DNA of 64,000 nucleotides, from positions 419,324 through 483,323 of the forward strand of contig JACPHO010000001.1 of the NCBI GenBank assembly GCA_016188545.1, in the 5' to 3' direction. Positions 9,103 to 18,513 of this stretch are shown in pieces. Below the pieces are notes generated by a model, which worked only from the letters and a program-made list of their open reading frames with translations, was not told the DNA's origin and searched no databases. The position numbers and the translations under genes are program-made. How positions within the stretch are numbered: position 1 is the first letter of the stretch; each line of letters begins with the position of its first letter. The DNA is from Candidatus Shapirobacteria bacterium (GTDB lineage: Bacteria > Patescibacteriota > Microgenomatia > UBA12405).

Positions 9103-10124
9103 TGAAAAAAAACATTTTAATTTTAGTTATATTCGTCTTATCGTTTTTACTTTTTATTTTTTACTTTTTATTTTACAAGATATCGTCGTATACACATACC
9201 CGCATTTCTCATTTTCCCACAACATTAATAAAGTCATACCAGCACCCCACTTTAGCTCCTGGTTTTAACTTTGTTATGCTCGGAGTTGATCCCAGAGACG
9301 ACCAGCTTGAGAAAACCCAAGTTTCAGATAGTATTATTGTCGGCCGCCTCACCTCATCTCGGCAAGTCAAACTTATTTCAATACCTCGTGATTTATGGGT
9401 TTATTCACTTGAAACAAAAGTAAACCAAATTTACCCGCTCTCACAAGATAAGGTTAGTCCAGTTCAGAGCTATCAATATATCGAAGACGAATTCACCAAG
9501 TTAACAGGTCAAAAAATAAGCCGAACTTTGATACTAACTACTGACAACCTTATAGAGCTCACAAAAATAATCGGTGGAGTCGATGTTGTTCAGGAGTCGA
9601 CTTACACGGACTTGTTTTATCCAAATCCTGAATATGTTAAAAATCCCTCGCCCAAAATCCCCATCTACAAAACAGTTATCTTTCCCAAGGGTTTACTCCA
9701 CTTAGACGAGTCCAATATTACTGAGTATGTTCGGTCCCGCAAAGGCCAAAATGAAGAAGGAAGTGGTAGTAGCGACCAGGGAAGAATCCAGCGCCAGCAA
9801 CTATTATTGGAAGCTCTGATATCAAAACTAAAATCTCCTGCGTTTATATCAAGTCCAACCAATGTTCTTACTTTATATAATTTTTGGCATCAGAGTATCC
9901 GCACAAATATTAGTGATAGTGATTTATTTAGCCTTCTACTTTCCGGCAAAAAACAGATACTCGGGCTTACCCTAACCAAAACCAATGTTCCGGTAGGAGA
10001 AAACCCCAAGAAAGATATTCTTTATCACCCTCGGTCATTCATCAACAGGCAGTGGGTTTATATCCCAGTCGACAAAGAATATAAAGGTCTTCAGGAGTAT
10101 ATTTCCGGTTTTCTTAACCAATAA
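9102..10124 (+). CDS. LCP (LytR-CpsA-Psr) family glycopolymer transferase
   Basis: N-terminal TM; LGVD, SDSII, ISIPRDLWV, YVRSRK, SDQGRIQRQQ. Confidence 0.9.
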   Translation: MKKNILILVIFVLSFLLFIFYFLFYKISSYTHTRISHFPTTLIKSYQHPTLAPGFNFVMLGVDPRDDQLEKTQVSDSIIVGRLTSSRQVKLISIPRDLWVYSLETKVNQIYPLSQDKVSPVQSYQYIEDEFTKLTGQKISRTLILTTDNLIELTKIIGGVDVVQESTYTDLFYPNPEYVKNPSPKIPIYKTVIFPKGLLHLDESNITEYVRSRKGQNEEGSGSSDQGRIQRQQLLLEALISKLKSPAFISSPTNVLTLYNFWHQSIRTNISDSDLFSLLLSGKKQILGLTLTKTNVPVGENPKKDILYHPRSFINRQWVYIPVDKEYKGLQEYISGFLNQ

Positions 10125-10160
10125 TTTGCTATACTGGATTATTAGCATTTATTGATTCAC

Positions 10161-10646
10161 ATGGACATACCCAATCTCTCTACTGATAAGCCAAAAACCC
10201 CACCTGCAGATATAAATTTTTCACTCATGCCTATTGTTATTGTATTAGTTTTGGCGCTTGTTTCCGGATTTTGGATCTCAAGATTTTTCCCAATTAATAA
10301 AACCGTAGCAGACAAAGCTACAACTACCACCACCGAGGGTCAGACCGTAATTTCCACCGATAAAATCAGCAGTGCTGACGAAATTAAAGCTGGCAAGGTA
10401 TATGGCAATGCCGAAAAAAGCTTTAAAGACTCAGCTACTGGCGTCGTTGAGAAGGGATCAATCAATGGTGAGGGTACCCACATACTCAACCGAGAGGGTG
10501 GACTTAGTCAGCGAGCCTCACTAATTTCTTCTACGGTAGACCTAGATTTATTTGTTGGTAAAAAAGTCGAGATCAAAGGTGAAACTAATGCCTCAAATAA
10601 AACATCTTGGCTTTTGGACGTTGGTAGTCTTAAGGTACTTGAATAA
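10161..10646 (+). CDS. Hypothetical membrane-anchored protein
   Basis: ATG 10161 preferred over the upstream TTG; single TM followed by a Thr-rich linker and a beta-rich domain. Confidence 0.75.
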   Translation: MDIPNLSTDKPKTPPADINFSLMPIVIVLVLALVSGFWISRFFPINKTVADKATTTTTEGQTVISTDKISSADEIKAGKVYGNAEKSFKDSATGVVEKGSINGEGTHILNREGGLSQRASLISSTVDLDLFVGKKVEIKGETNASNKTSWLLDVGSLKVLE

Positions 10647-10648
10647 AA

Positions 10649-11356
10649 ATGAATGTATTATTTAAAGATGTCAGTAAGCACTTTGGTTCTATCAAAGCGC
10701 TCGAAAACCTTAACTTTGAAGTAAAGACAGGTGACTTTGTCTTTATAGTCGGTTCTTCTGGTGCCGGCAAATCTACCTTACTCAAGATGATCTTAAGTCA
10801 GTACCGACCTAGTACCGGCGAAATCTACATAGATGGCCATCTACTTAACTTTAAAAACAAACATCTAATCGACAAACTCCGCCAAAATATCGGCGTAATC
10901 TTTCAAGATTATCAGCTTATAGCTGATAAAACAGTCGAAGAAAATATCGCCCTCGCTTTAGATATCAACGGCTTTCCAAGTAGGGAGATCCCGCAGCGTG
11001 TTGATAAGGCCATAGATCAGGTATTTCTTCAAAGCCGTCGCCACCTTTTCCCGGCTCAGTTATCAGGTGGTGAACTTCAGCGAGCAGCTCTAGCCAGAGC
11101 CCTGGCTATTGATCCAAAGCTTATTCTAGCCGACGAACCCACCGGTAACCTTGATCCTGAAAACTCTTGGAATCTAATTAAGCTTCTAAAGGAAATTAAT
11201 GAGTCAAGGGGAACTACTATTATTATGACTACACACAACTTTGACATTGTTGAGTCACTCAATAAGCGTAAAATTACTATGAAAAATGGAACCATTGTCA
11301 ATGACACAATTAAAAAAGTCGTCAAAAAATTAAAGAAGAAAAAAATCAAAAAATGA
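10649..11356 (+). CDS. ftsE: Cell division ABC ATPase FtsE
   Basis: Walker A GSSGAGKS, IGVIFQDYQL, LSGGE, ADEPTGNLD; adjacent to ftsX. Confidence 0.92.
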   Translation: MNVLFKDVSKHFGSIKALENLNFEVKTGDFVFIVGSSGAGKSTLLKMILSQYRPSTGEIYIDGHLLNFKNKHLIDKLRQNIGVIFQDYQLIADKTVEENIALALDINGFPSREIPQRVDKAIDQVFLQSRRHLFPAQLSGGELQRAALARALAIDPKLILADEPTGNLDPENSWNLIKLLKEINESRGTTIIMTTHNFDIVESLNKRKITMKNGTIVNDTIKKVVKKLKKKKIKK

Positions 11357-12225
11357 ACATCTATCGCAACACTTGGCATCACATCCGTCGTTCTCCATTC
11401 CAAAGTATTACGGCGATAGTTACCATGACTCTAAGCTTTTTCGCCTTAAGTACTTTTGCCATAGTCAGTAATGGCATGAATTCTCTACTAAACTATTTCG
11501 AGACCAAGCCCGAAATAACCATCTTTCTTAAAGATGGCCTTGATAAATCCACCATTGAGAACCTCCAGACCGAGATCAGTAATTACACATCGATCAAAGA
11601 AATAAAATTCATCTCAAAAGAAAAAGCCTTGACTATATATAAAGAACAAAATAAAAACAGTCCACTCCTTACCGAGATGGTCACTGCCAGTATCCTTCCC
11701 GCTTCGTTTGAGGTTTCAGTATCTGACGTCAAGGTCCTAGAACAAATCTCTCAAAATTTCTCTGCAAAAAAAGATCAAGTAGACGAGATTATTTATCAAA
11801 AAGATATTATTACCTCCATACTATCCTGGACTAATATTATCCGACAGATTGGTATTGTTACCGTTACTATTTTTAGCGGTTTGACGTTCTTAGTTGTTCT
11901 GGTCATTATCGGTATGAAGATCACCAACCGTAAAGAAGAGATCAATATTAGCCGTCTTTTAGGCGCGTCAAAGGATTATGTTAAAGCCCCGTTTTTAATT
12001 GAAGGAACTATCTATGGTCTAGTAGGTGGATTTCTAGGCCCACTGGTCAGTTTAACGCTCATTAGTATTTATAAGTCACAAATCAATCAGTTCTTCGACC
12101 CAGTATTATTTATTTCGACCGATCTTCAATTCATTCTGGTTATTTGGCTAATCTGCGAAGCAGCCGGGGTCACCATTGGCTATCTTAGTAGCTGGATTGG
12201 CTCAAATAGGTATATAAAATTCTAA
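11353..12225 (+). CDS. ftsX: Cell division permease FtsX
   Basis: FtsX layout: TM1, extracellular domain (EITIFLK, ISKEKAL, LPASFEV), RKEEI..SRLLGA, PFLIEG. Confidence 0.92.
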   Translation: MNIYRNTWHHIRRSPFQSITAIVTMTLSFFALSTFAIVSNGMNSLLNYFETKPEITIFLKDGLDKSTIENLQTEISNYTSIKEIKFISKEKALTIYKEQNKNSPLLTEMVTASILPASFEVSVSDVKVLEQISQNFSAKKDQVDEIIYQKDIITSILSWTNIIRQIGIVTVTIFSGLTFLVVLVIIGMKITNRKEEINISRLLGASKDYVKAPFLIEGTIYGLVGGFLGPLVSLTLISIYKSQINQFFDPVLFISTDLQFILVIWLICEAAGVTIGYLSSWIGSNRYIKF

Positions 12226-12229
12226 TCAA

Positions 12230-13339
12230 ATGAAACGAACATTACTATGTTTGTTCCTATGTTTCAGTCTATTTTTACCACAAGTTGTAAGGGCAGAAGA
12301 AACAATCGACGAACTAAAAAATACCATTGCCGAACTTGATAAGAAAATATTAGAACTTGGAAAGGCAAAGGATACCTTAGCCAATCAGATAACTCTTCTC
12401 AATTCTCAAGTTTCCCTTACACTTCTAAAAGTCTCACAAACCGAATCTTCAATCAAAATAACTGAGACAGAAATCATTGACCTTGGGGGTAAAATTAGTG
12501 TCCTCGATACTTCCCTGAATCAGCTTTCATCGAAATTTATTGCCGAAATTATTGAGAACTACAAGTTATCAAAAAAATATTCTGGTCTAAGTATCTTTGT
12601 TTCACATAATTTCAACGAATTCTGGCAACAGTACAAATATATCAGCCTGATTCAAAAAAACAGCCAAGACTCACTTATGAACATGGAAACTGTCAGGTTA
12701 AATTACGACACTCAAAAACAACAAAAGCAGAAGAAACAACAAGAATTAGAAGCCTTAAAAGTCAGGCTCGCCGATCAGAAAAATAGTCTTACTAAGCAAA
12801 AACTTACCAAAGCCAACCTTCTTGAAGTAACGAAAAACAACGAAGCAACATATCAAAAACTCAAAGCAGAAGCACAATCTGAACTTGAAGCCCTTCAAAC
12901 CGCAGTCTTTGACGGCAAACGAACCGTTAAAAAAGGCGATCAACTTGGAATCATGGGTAACACAGGCTTTTCATATGGTGCTCACTTGCACTTTGGTTTA
13001 TACAATCTAACTGAAGGCGGACTATCATCATTCTCATACCCAAATGACATCGACGCTTCAGGATTTTTAAATGCTCACAGTTGGCCAATGAAAGATTACA
13101 TTATTACCCAGGGAAGAGGTCACACTAAATACTCCAGTATGTACAGTGATGGTTTTCACCATGGCATAGATATGGCCTCAAACACCAACAAGACACTGTA
13201 TGCAGTTGAAGACGGCGTTGCTTATTTCTTTAGAGATAAATATCCCGGGAGAAGAGTAGGTAACGGTAATCACGTCAAGCTATTTCACGCCGATGGCAAA
13301 ATGACGCTTTATCTACACTTGGATAAGTTCTACAAGTAA
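12230..13339 (+). CDS. Secreted coiled-coil M23 peptidase (EnvC/RipC-like position) with circularly permuted M23 domain
   Basis: Signal peptide, about 200 aa of coiled coil, then GNTGFSYGAHLHF placed before HHGID...GNHVKLFH...TLYLHL. Confidence 0.88.
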   Translation: MKRTLLCLFLCFSLFLPQVVRAEETIDELKNTIAELDKKILELGKAKDTLANQITLLNSQVSLTLLKVSQTESSIKITETEIIDLGGKISVLDTSLNQLSSKFIAEIIENYKLSKKYSGLSIFVSHNFNEFWQQYKYISLIQKNSQDSLMNMETVRLNYDTQKQQKQKKQQELEALKVRLADQKNSLTKQKLTKANLLEVTKNNEATYQKLKAEAQSELEALQTAVFDGKRTVKKGDQLGIMGNTGFSYGAHLHFGLYNLTEGGLSSFSYPNDIDASGFLNAHSWPMKDYIITQGRGHTKYSSMYSDGFHHGIDMASNTNKTLYAVEDGVAYFFRDKYPGRRVGNGNHVKLFHADGKMTLYLHLDKFYK

Positions 13340-13342
13340 CTT

Positions 13343-13957
13343 TTAGTACCCTCTAATCAATTTTCGGAGCACTAGGGCTCCAGAAGTTAGTGACAAGATA
13401 AAGGCACTATTTAGTATCAAACCTGCAGAGCTACCAGTTACTGGCATTGAAGGTTTCTCCACAAAATAGCTAGCATCATCACAATCGCTGACAGTTACGT
13501 TTTTAGCACAAACGTTGTTGGTCAATTTCATTAATTGAGAATAACTAGTTTTTGGTAAGTCCCTAACTATTGCAATTATGTAGTAATTCTTTTTTTCGCC
13601 AGGTTTTAGTACTGGAATAACTGTCTCGATATTTGTTTTATCTGAAGTTACCTTTCCAAAAAAGTATTGTAGTTTCAAATAAGCAGGTAATCTATCTACG
13701 ACATTCAAATCATAAATAGTGCTTGATCCACGATTATCGATAACTATAGAAAACTCGATTTGATCACCCTCTTTAAAGACGTAGTCTGACTTGGAAACAT
13801 TGTCCAACAGGATGTCTTTGTTAGGCAACTTAATTTTTTTATCTACTACGATAATTGGGGCACTAGAATCATTACCATAATATTGCGCCATGACATTAGA
13901 TGGTGTGTAAAATACACCGATGGCTAAGAGTAAAGCGATAATTGTTTTTGTTTTCAT
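13343..13957 (-). CDS. Secreted DUF11 (Ig-like) protein with LPxTG-like sorting signal
   Basis: Signal peptide; DUF11-type GDQIEFSIVIDNRG...VVDRLPAYL; C-terminal MPVTG, hydrophobic helix and basic tail RKLIRGY. Confidence 0.8.
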   Translation of the reverse strand: MKTKTIIALLLAIGVFYTPSNVMAQYYGNDSSAPIIVVDKKIKLPNKDILLDNVSKSDYVFKEGDQIEFSIVIDNRGSSTIYDLNVVDRLPAYLKLQYFFGKVTSDKTNIETVIPVLKPGEKKNYYIIAIVRDLPKTSYSQLMKLTNNVCAKNVTVSDCDDASYFVEKPSMPVTGSSAGLILNSAFILSLTSGALVLRKLIRGY

Positions 13958-13996
13958 AATCTGCTCGCAAATGTGTATAGCAAATAATTACAGGAT

Positions 13997-14024
13997 ATTA
14001 TATCAAGCTAAATCCATTTGTCAA
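13997..14024 (-). promoter_or_regulatory. Consensus sigma70 promoter for the DUF11 gene
   Basis: Minus strand TTGACA (14024-14019), 16-nt spacer, TGa-TATAAT (14002-13997). Confidence 0.75.
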
Positions 14025-14064
14025 GTCACTTCTATATATTTCTTTTTGCTATACTCAAAAATAT

Positions 14065-14793
14065 ATGTCAGATTACATTCTCGAAAGTCTTTCTGTATTT
14101 TTTCCTTGTTACAACGAAGAAAAAAATATTGAATCAACTTTCAACAAAGCCCTGCCAATATTACAAAAAGTAGCTAAAAACTGGGAAATAATTCTAGTTA
14201 ATGATGGTTCAAAAGATAATACCCTCAAGATCCTTCAAAAACTTAAAAAAGCCCATCCCCAGCAAGTTACGATCGTCAACCATACCCAAAACAGGGGATA
14301 CGGAGCTGCCTTCAAATCAGGTGTCTATACCGCTAAATATCCCTGGATTACCTTTACTGACGCTGATGGCCAGTTTGACTTTAATGAAATACATAAACTA
14401 GTTGCCACTCAGAAAAAAACCAATGCTGACCTGGTCATTGGTTTTTATAACGTCAGACAAGTCCCTGCATTCCGTATTTGGGGTTCAGCAGCCTGGCAAC
14501 TAGCCGTATTTATTCTATTTGGCCTAAGAGTCAAAGATATTGACTGTGGATTTAAGCTTTTTCGCAAAGAAGTCATCGACACCATTCCTCATCTGGAAGC
14601 TGAAAGGGGACCATTTATTTCTTCTGAATTCCTTCTAAAAGCCAAAAAGAAGAAATTTAAAATTGTCGAAATAGGTGTCACTCACTTTAGTCGCCAAGCC
14701 GGTAATGGTACTGGAGCCAACTTTGATGTAGTTTTAGCCGGACTAGTAGATCTTCTTCGTCTTTGGTTCAAAGTCAACTTCACCAAATCATAA
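14065..14793 (+). CDS. GT2, DPM1-like polyprenol-phosphate glycosyltransferase
   Basis: PCYNEE, VNDGSKD, NRGYGAA, TDADGQF, DIDCGFKLF. Confidence 0.88.
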   Translation: MSDYILESLSVFFPCYNEEKNIESTFNKALPILQKVAKNWEIILVNDGSKDNTLKILQKLKKAHPQQVTIVNHTQNRGYGAAFKSGVYTAKYPWITFTDADGQFDFNEIHKLVATQKKTNADLVIGFYNVRQVPAFRIWGSAAWQLAVFILFGLRVKDIDCGFKLFRKEVIDTIPHLEAERGPFISSEFLLKAKKKKFKIVEIGVTHFSRQAGNGTGANFDVVLAGLVDLLRLWFKVNFTKS

Positions 14794-14794
14794 A

Positions 14795-16234
14795 ATGATA
14801 TTTTTACGTAAAAATTGGCAAATAATCTTAATTATTCTAATAGCCAGTTTTGTTAGATTTTTCCATCTTTACGATTACGCTGAGTTCCTGGGTGACCAAG
14901 GCCGAGACGTAGTCATTGTTAGAGAGTTTCTCAGACACGGTAATCTTTTCTTTATCGGCCCTCAAACTAGTATTGGCAATATGTATTTGGGACCATTTTA
15001 TTACTATTTGTTTGTCGCCCCCGGACTTATTCTTAGCTGGTTCAATCCAATTGGACCTGCCATTGTAGTGGCTATTCTCGGGGTACTTACTGTCTATCTT
15101 GTCTATACTTACTCCTTAGAATGGTTTGACCATAAAACAGCCATGATCGCCAGTCTTATCTTTGCCCTATCGCCAGTAGTAATTAAATATTCCACATTTT
15201 CGTGGAATCCCAATGTCATGCCTCTGTTTTCGCTATTATTCATCCATTATCTTCTAAAATCTCGATATATTTTAGCCACCATCGCCTTCATAATTTGTCT
15301 CAATGCCCACTTTTTAGCGCTTCTACTTCTACCAGTAGGTTTTATCATTGTTGTTTTCAAAAAACCATTTCCTTACCGTGCCCTAATACTGCCATTTGTC
15401 ATTCTTTTGGCTTCGTTTATACCGCAGTTACTTTTTGATTTTAAACACCAAGGTCAAAATATTAATGCTTTTGTTTCCTTTTTTACCAAAAGAGAAACTA
15501 CTATTAACCTAAAACCATATAAAGCCATACCGCTAATGGTGCCTCTTTTTAATCAAGTTACCACTAGGCTAGTTGCCGGAAAAGACGTAATTGTCGGCTA
15601 CTTTATCAGCACTATCTTTGGCTCAACTTTGATATTTATTCTATACCAGCAGTTTAAAAAACGTAAATTCGACCCTCATTTTCTAATGCTTTCCTCCTGG
15701 CTATTGATTGGTCTAGTAGGATTAGCGTTGTACAAACAGCACATCTATGATCATTACTTTGGCTTTTTGTATCCCGCTATCATTATTCTTTTCGCCTACC
15801 TAATCACACGTTTGCCAAAGTTTTTATCAACTATCATCACCATCTTTGTAGTCATTATATCTTTAGTTCAAAACCCGTTACGCTGGTCACCACCGCGTCA
15901 ATTATGGACAACTCAAGAAATTACTAAGCAAATAGTTGCTTCTTCAGAAAATAAACCATTCAACTTCTCCCTATTAGCAAAAATGAACTATGATCCTGGT
16001 TACCGCTATTTCTTTTCCGAATCAAATGCACCAGTCAGATTACTTCAAGATGAAATAACCGAACAACTCTTTGTCGCTTGTGAGCCTTTTCAAATGGACT
16101 GTAACCCCATCAATAACCCTGAGTGGGGGATAGCTGCCTTTGGCTGGGCTAAAATTGACAAAGAGTGGGAAGTGAATGGAATAAAAATATTCCGTTTAGT
16201 CCACAACCAAACAGGTGAAAAAGTAATAAATTAG
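14795..16234 (+). CDS. GT-C (ArnT/PMT-like) membrane glycosyltransferase
   Basis: TM1-R..loop GDQGRD, GPQTSIG..YLGPFYYY, WNPN, many TMs. Confidence 0.82.
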   Translation: MIFLRKNWQIILIILIASFVRFFHLYDYAEFLGDQGRDVVIVREFLRHGNLFFIGPQTSIGNMYLGPFYYYLFVAPGLILSWFNPIGPAIVVAILGVLTVYLVYTYSLEWFDHKTAMIASLIFALSPVVIKYSTFSWNPNVMPLFSLLFIHYLLKSRYILATIAFIICLNAHFLALLLLPVGFIIVVFKKPFPYRALILPFVILLASFIPQLLFDFKHQGQNINAFVSFFTKRETTINLKPYKAIPLMVPLFNQVTTRLVAGKDVIVGYFISTIFGSTLIFILYQQFKKRKFDPHFLMLSSWLLIGLVGLALYKQHIYDHYFGFLYPAIIILFAYLITRLPKFLSTIITIFVVIISLVQNPLRWSPPRQLWTTQEITKQIVASSENKPFNFSLLAKMNYDPGYRYFFSESNAPVRLLQDEITEQLFVACEPFQMDCNPINNPEWGIAAFGWAKIDKEWEVNGIKIFRLVHNQTGEKVIN

Positions 16235-16248
16235 TCTTTCTCGACTAG

Positions 16249-17721
16249 TTACTCAGTGTATCCAAGCAATGGATCAAGCTGAGCAGAAGTATTTTTACAG
16301 TCCGCTTCGGTTGCCTTATAGTCACCCGCCACTGGCTTCAAAACTCCAAATCTGCCAAAACTCACCGGCTTTTCATAACGACTAAGTTGCCAAGGAATAG
16401 GAATGTTATATACTGGTACACCCGGTGAACCGGGCTTTACAATATCTACCCCGTAGTACCAAAAGAGATATCTAAACCCAACTCCAACCCCAGGATCCGC
16501 AATGAAGTTAACCGCGATACAGTTATAGTTGTTTTTTTCCTTATCTGCTTTTATATATTCAACTACCTGTCTTCTGTATAAATACGATTGATCTTCATCA
16601 GTTTTAGTAACCAGCCAATAGCTATTAATTACCAGATACAGAAATATCACTAGTATCGCTGCGTTTTTTGTAATAACTTTAGCCAAAAATATTGCCATTA
16701 CCGCAATCACTATTGGTACTGTGTTAGTAAAATAATACTCTGAAACTACTCTTTTTGACACAAACTGTGCGACCATTATAAGTCCAATCCATCCCCACAT
16801 TAAGCCAACTTCCTGCCATTTGATATGTTTTTTCCAAGTTAGGTAACCACAAATTGCGATAAACATCAGCCAGTAAACATAGTTGTTACTGTATTTAAGA
16901 TCAAAAACAATTCGTTGTTGGATCTCCCTACCCGAGGCTTCGATCACCTTTATTAACTTCATTTTACCAGTCGGTGCTCCTATATCCTTTTGAGTTGAGG
17001 CAGCCATGCTCCTAACTTGTGACCAATTATGTTTTAGTTCAAATACAAAGAAAGGAGAAATCGTTATCAAAAATATCAAGATACCTCCCCACACATAACG
17101 ACTAATATTTTTATCAAACAAACTTGAAAATTTATTCTTTCCGACAAAAAATGCCAGAATTGGTAAAGGAACAATCGGCAGCAAAGCTATGTGCAACTGC
17201 CAAATGAACCCAACTAAAAATCCATATATTGGAAGCCATTTCAAATTACCTTTTCCTAATTCCATAATTACTCCCCAAAACCAGATCGACCAGGTTAGGG
17301 TGGGCAGTGTTGGTACTGACCATCTATCAAACCTCGCTATTCCAAACGAAAATGCGTATATTGCTGCAGCTATTAGTCCCGCTCTCATACCCCAATTTCT
17401 TTTAATCACCCAGTAGATACTAACTATATTAAAAATAGAAATTAGTGTTATTGGCACAATAGCCGATAGGGGATTCATCCCAAAAAGTCGATAAAATATC
17501 GCCATGACATAGTAATAAAAACTACCTATAAAAACCCCATCCACACTTGTAATTTGCCCAACTAATCTTTGATGACCGTTAACGATAATGTCTTTAGCAA
17601 TCCACGAATATAGATCCTGATCATGAGCAAAAAAGAAAGATCTTTCAAAAAAAAGCCACCTCATTAATAACCCGGCCCCCAACAAGACTACCCAAATTGG
17701 TACTCTGAACCTAGCTTCCAT
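16249..17721 (-). CDS. GT-C (ArnT/PMT-like) membrane glycosyltransferase
   Basis: HDQDLY, GQITSVDGVFIGSFYYY; paralog of 14795. Confidence 0.8.
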   Translation of the reverse strand: MEARFRVPIWVVLLGAGLLMRWLFFERSFFFAHDQDLYSWIAKDIIVNGHQRLVGQITSVDGVFIGSFYYYVMAIFYRLFGMNPLSAIVPITLISIFNIVSIYWVIKRNWGMRAGLIAAAIYAFSFGIARFDRWSVPTLPTLTWSIWFWGVIMELGKGNLKWLPIYGFLVGFIWQLHIALLPIVPLPILAFFVGKNKFSSLFDKNISRYVWGGILIFLITISPFFVFELKHNWSQVRSMAASTQKDIGAPTGKMKLIKVIEASGREIQQRIVFDLKYSNNYVYWLMFIAICGYLTWKKHIKWQEVGLMWGWIGLIMVAQFVSKRVVSEYYFTNTVPIVIAVMAIFLAKVITKNAAILVIFLYLVINSYWLVTKTDEDQSYLYRRQVVEYIKADKEKNNYNCIAVNFIADPGVGVGFRYLFWYYGVDIVKPGSPGVPVYNIPIPWQLSRYEKPVSFGRFGVLKPVAGDYKATEADCKNTSAQLDPLLGYTE

Positions 17722-17751
17722 AAAACGATAATACCACGTATAATCACTCTT
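17722..17751. promoter_or_regulatory. Divergent leaderless-type -10 pair
   Basis: Minus strand TGgTATTAT, 6 nt before ATG 17721; plus strand TATAAT (17739-17744), 7 nt before ATG 17752. Confidence 0.6.
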
Positions 17752-18513
17752 ATGACTTCAATCAGTATTGTAATGTCCTGTTACAACGAAGAAAATAATC
17801 TCAAGAGAGGTGTTCTTTCCGAATTAAACGATTACATTTCTAGGTCAAATCTAAACTGGGAAGTTGTTATAACTAATGATCTCTCTACTGACAAAAGCTA
17901 CGAATTATTACTTAGTTTTGCCAAAAAAAACAAAAGCTTTCGAATTTTAAACCTTGAAAAAAAAGGCGGCAAACCAGGTGGTATCTGGAATAGCATCCAA
18001 GCCGCCAAATATCCCTACGTTCTCATGACTGATATTGATCAGTCCACCCCAATTAGTGAATTCGATAAGTTTCTTCCATTTATCAAAGACAGCGATATCG
18101 TCATCGGATCTCGAGGACTTCATCGTAATGGCAATTCGTTTTTAAGGAAAATTGGAGGCCCTGTTTTTCTTACACTACGGCGACTAGTCATTCTTCCCAA
18201 CATTATCGATACCCAGTGCGGCTTTAAACTCCTCAAAACCGAAGTAGCCAAAGAACTGTTTCCCCACCTGCAATTTTTTCAGAAAGAAAAAAACCCGACT
18301 GGTTGGAGAGTTTCTGCATTCGACGTTGAGCTATTATTTATGGCTCGCAAATGGGGTCATCCAATCAAAGAAGTTGAAGTTGACTGGCGTAACGAAGATA
18401 CCAGTAATACCAAGGGAGACGATACTTCCCGCTACAAGAAAGAGTCAGTCCAAATGATTAGGGAAATCATTAGGGTCAAGCGTAACGACATCTTGGGCAA
18501 ATATGAAAAATAA
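17752..18513 (+). CDS. GT2, dolichyl/polyprenyl-phosphate glucosyltransferase-like (Alg5/AglJ-like)
   Basis: CYNEE, TDIDQSTP, IGSRG, DTQCGFKL, FDVELLF. Confidence 0.87.
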   Translation: MTSISIVMSCYNEENNLKRGVLSELNDYISRSNLNWEVVITNDLSTDKSYELLLSFAKKNKSFRILNLEKKGGKPGGIWNSIQAAKYPYVLMTDIDQSTPISEFDKFLPFIKDSDIVIGSRGLHRNGNSFLRKIGGPVFLTLRRLVILPNIIDTQCGFKLLKTEVAKELFPHLQFFQKEKNPTGWRVSAFDVELLFMARKWGHPIKEVEVDWRNEDTSNTKGDDTSRYKKESVQMIREIIRVKRNDILGKYEK

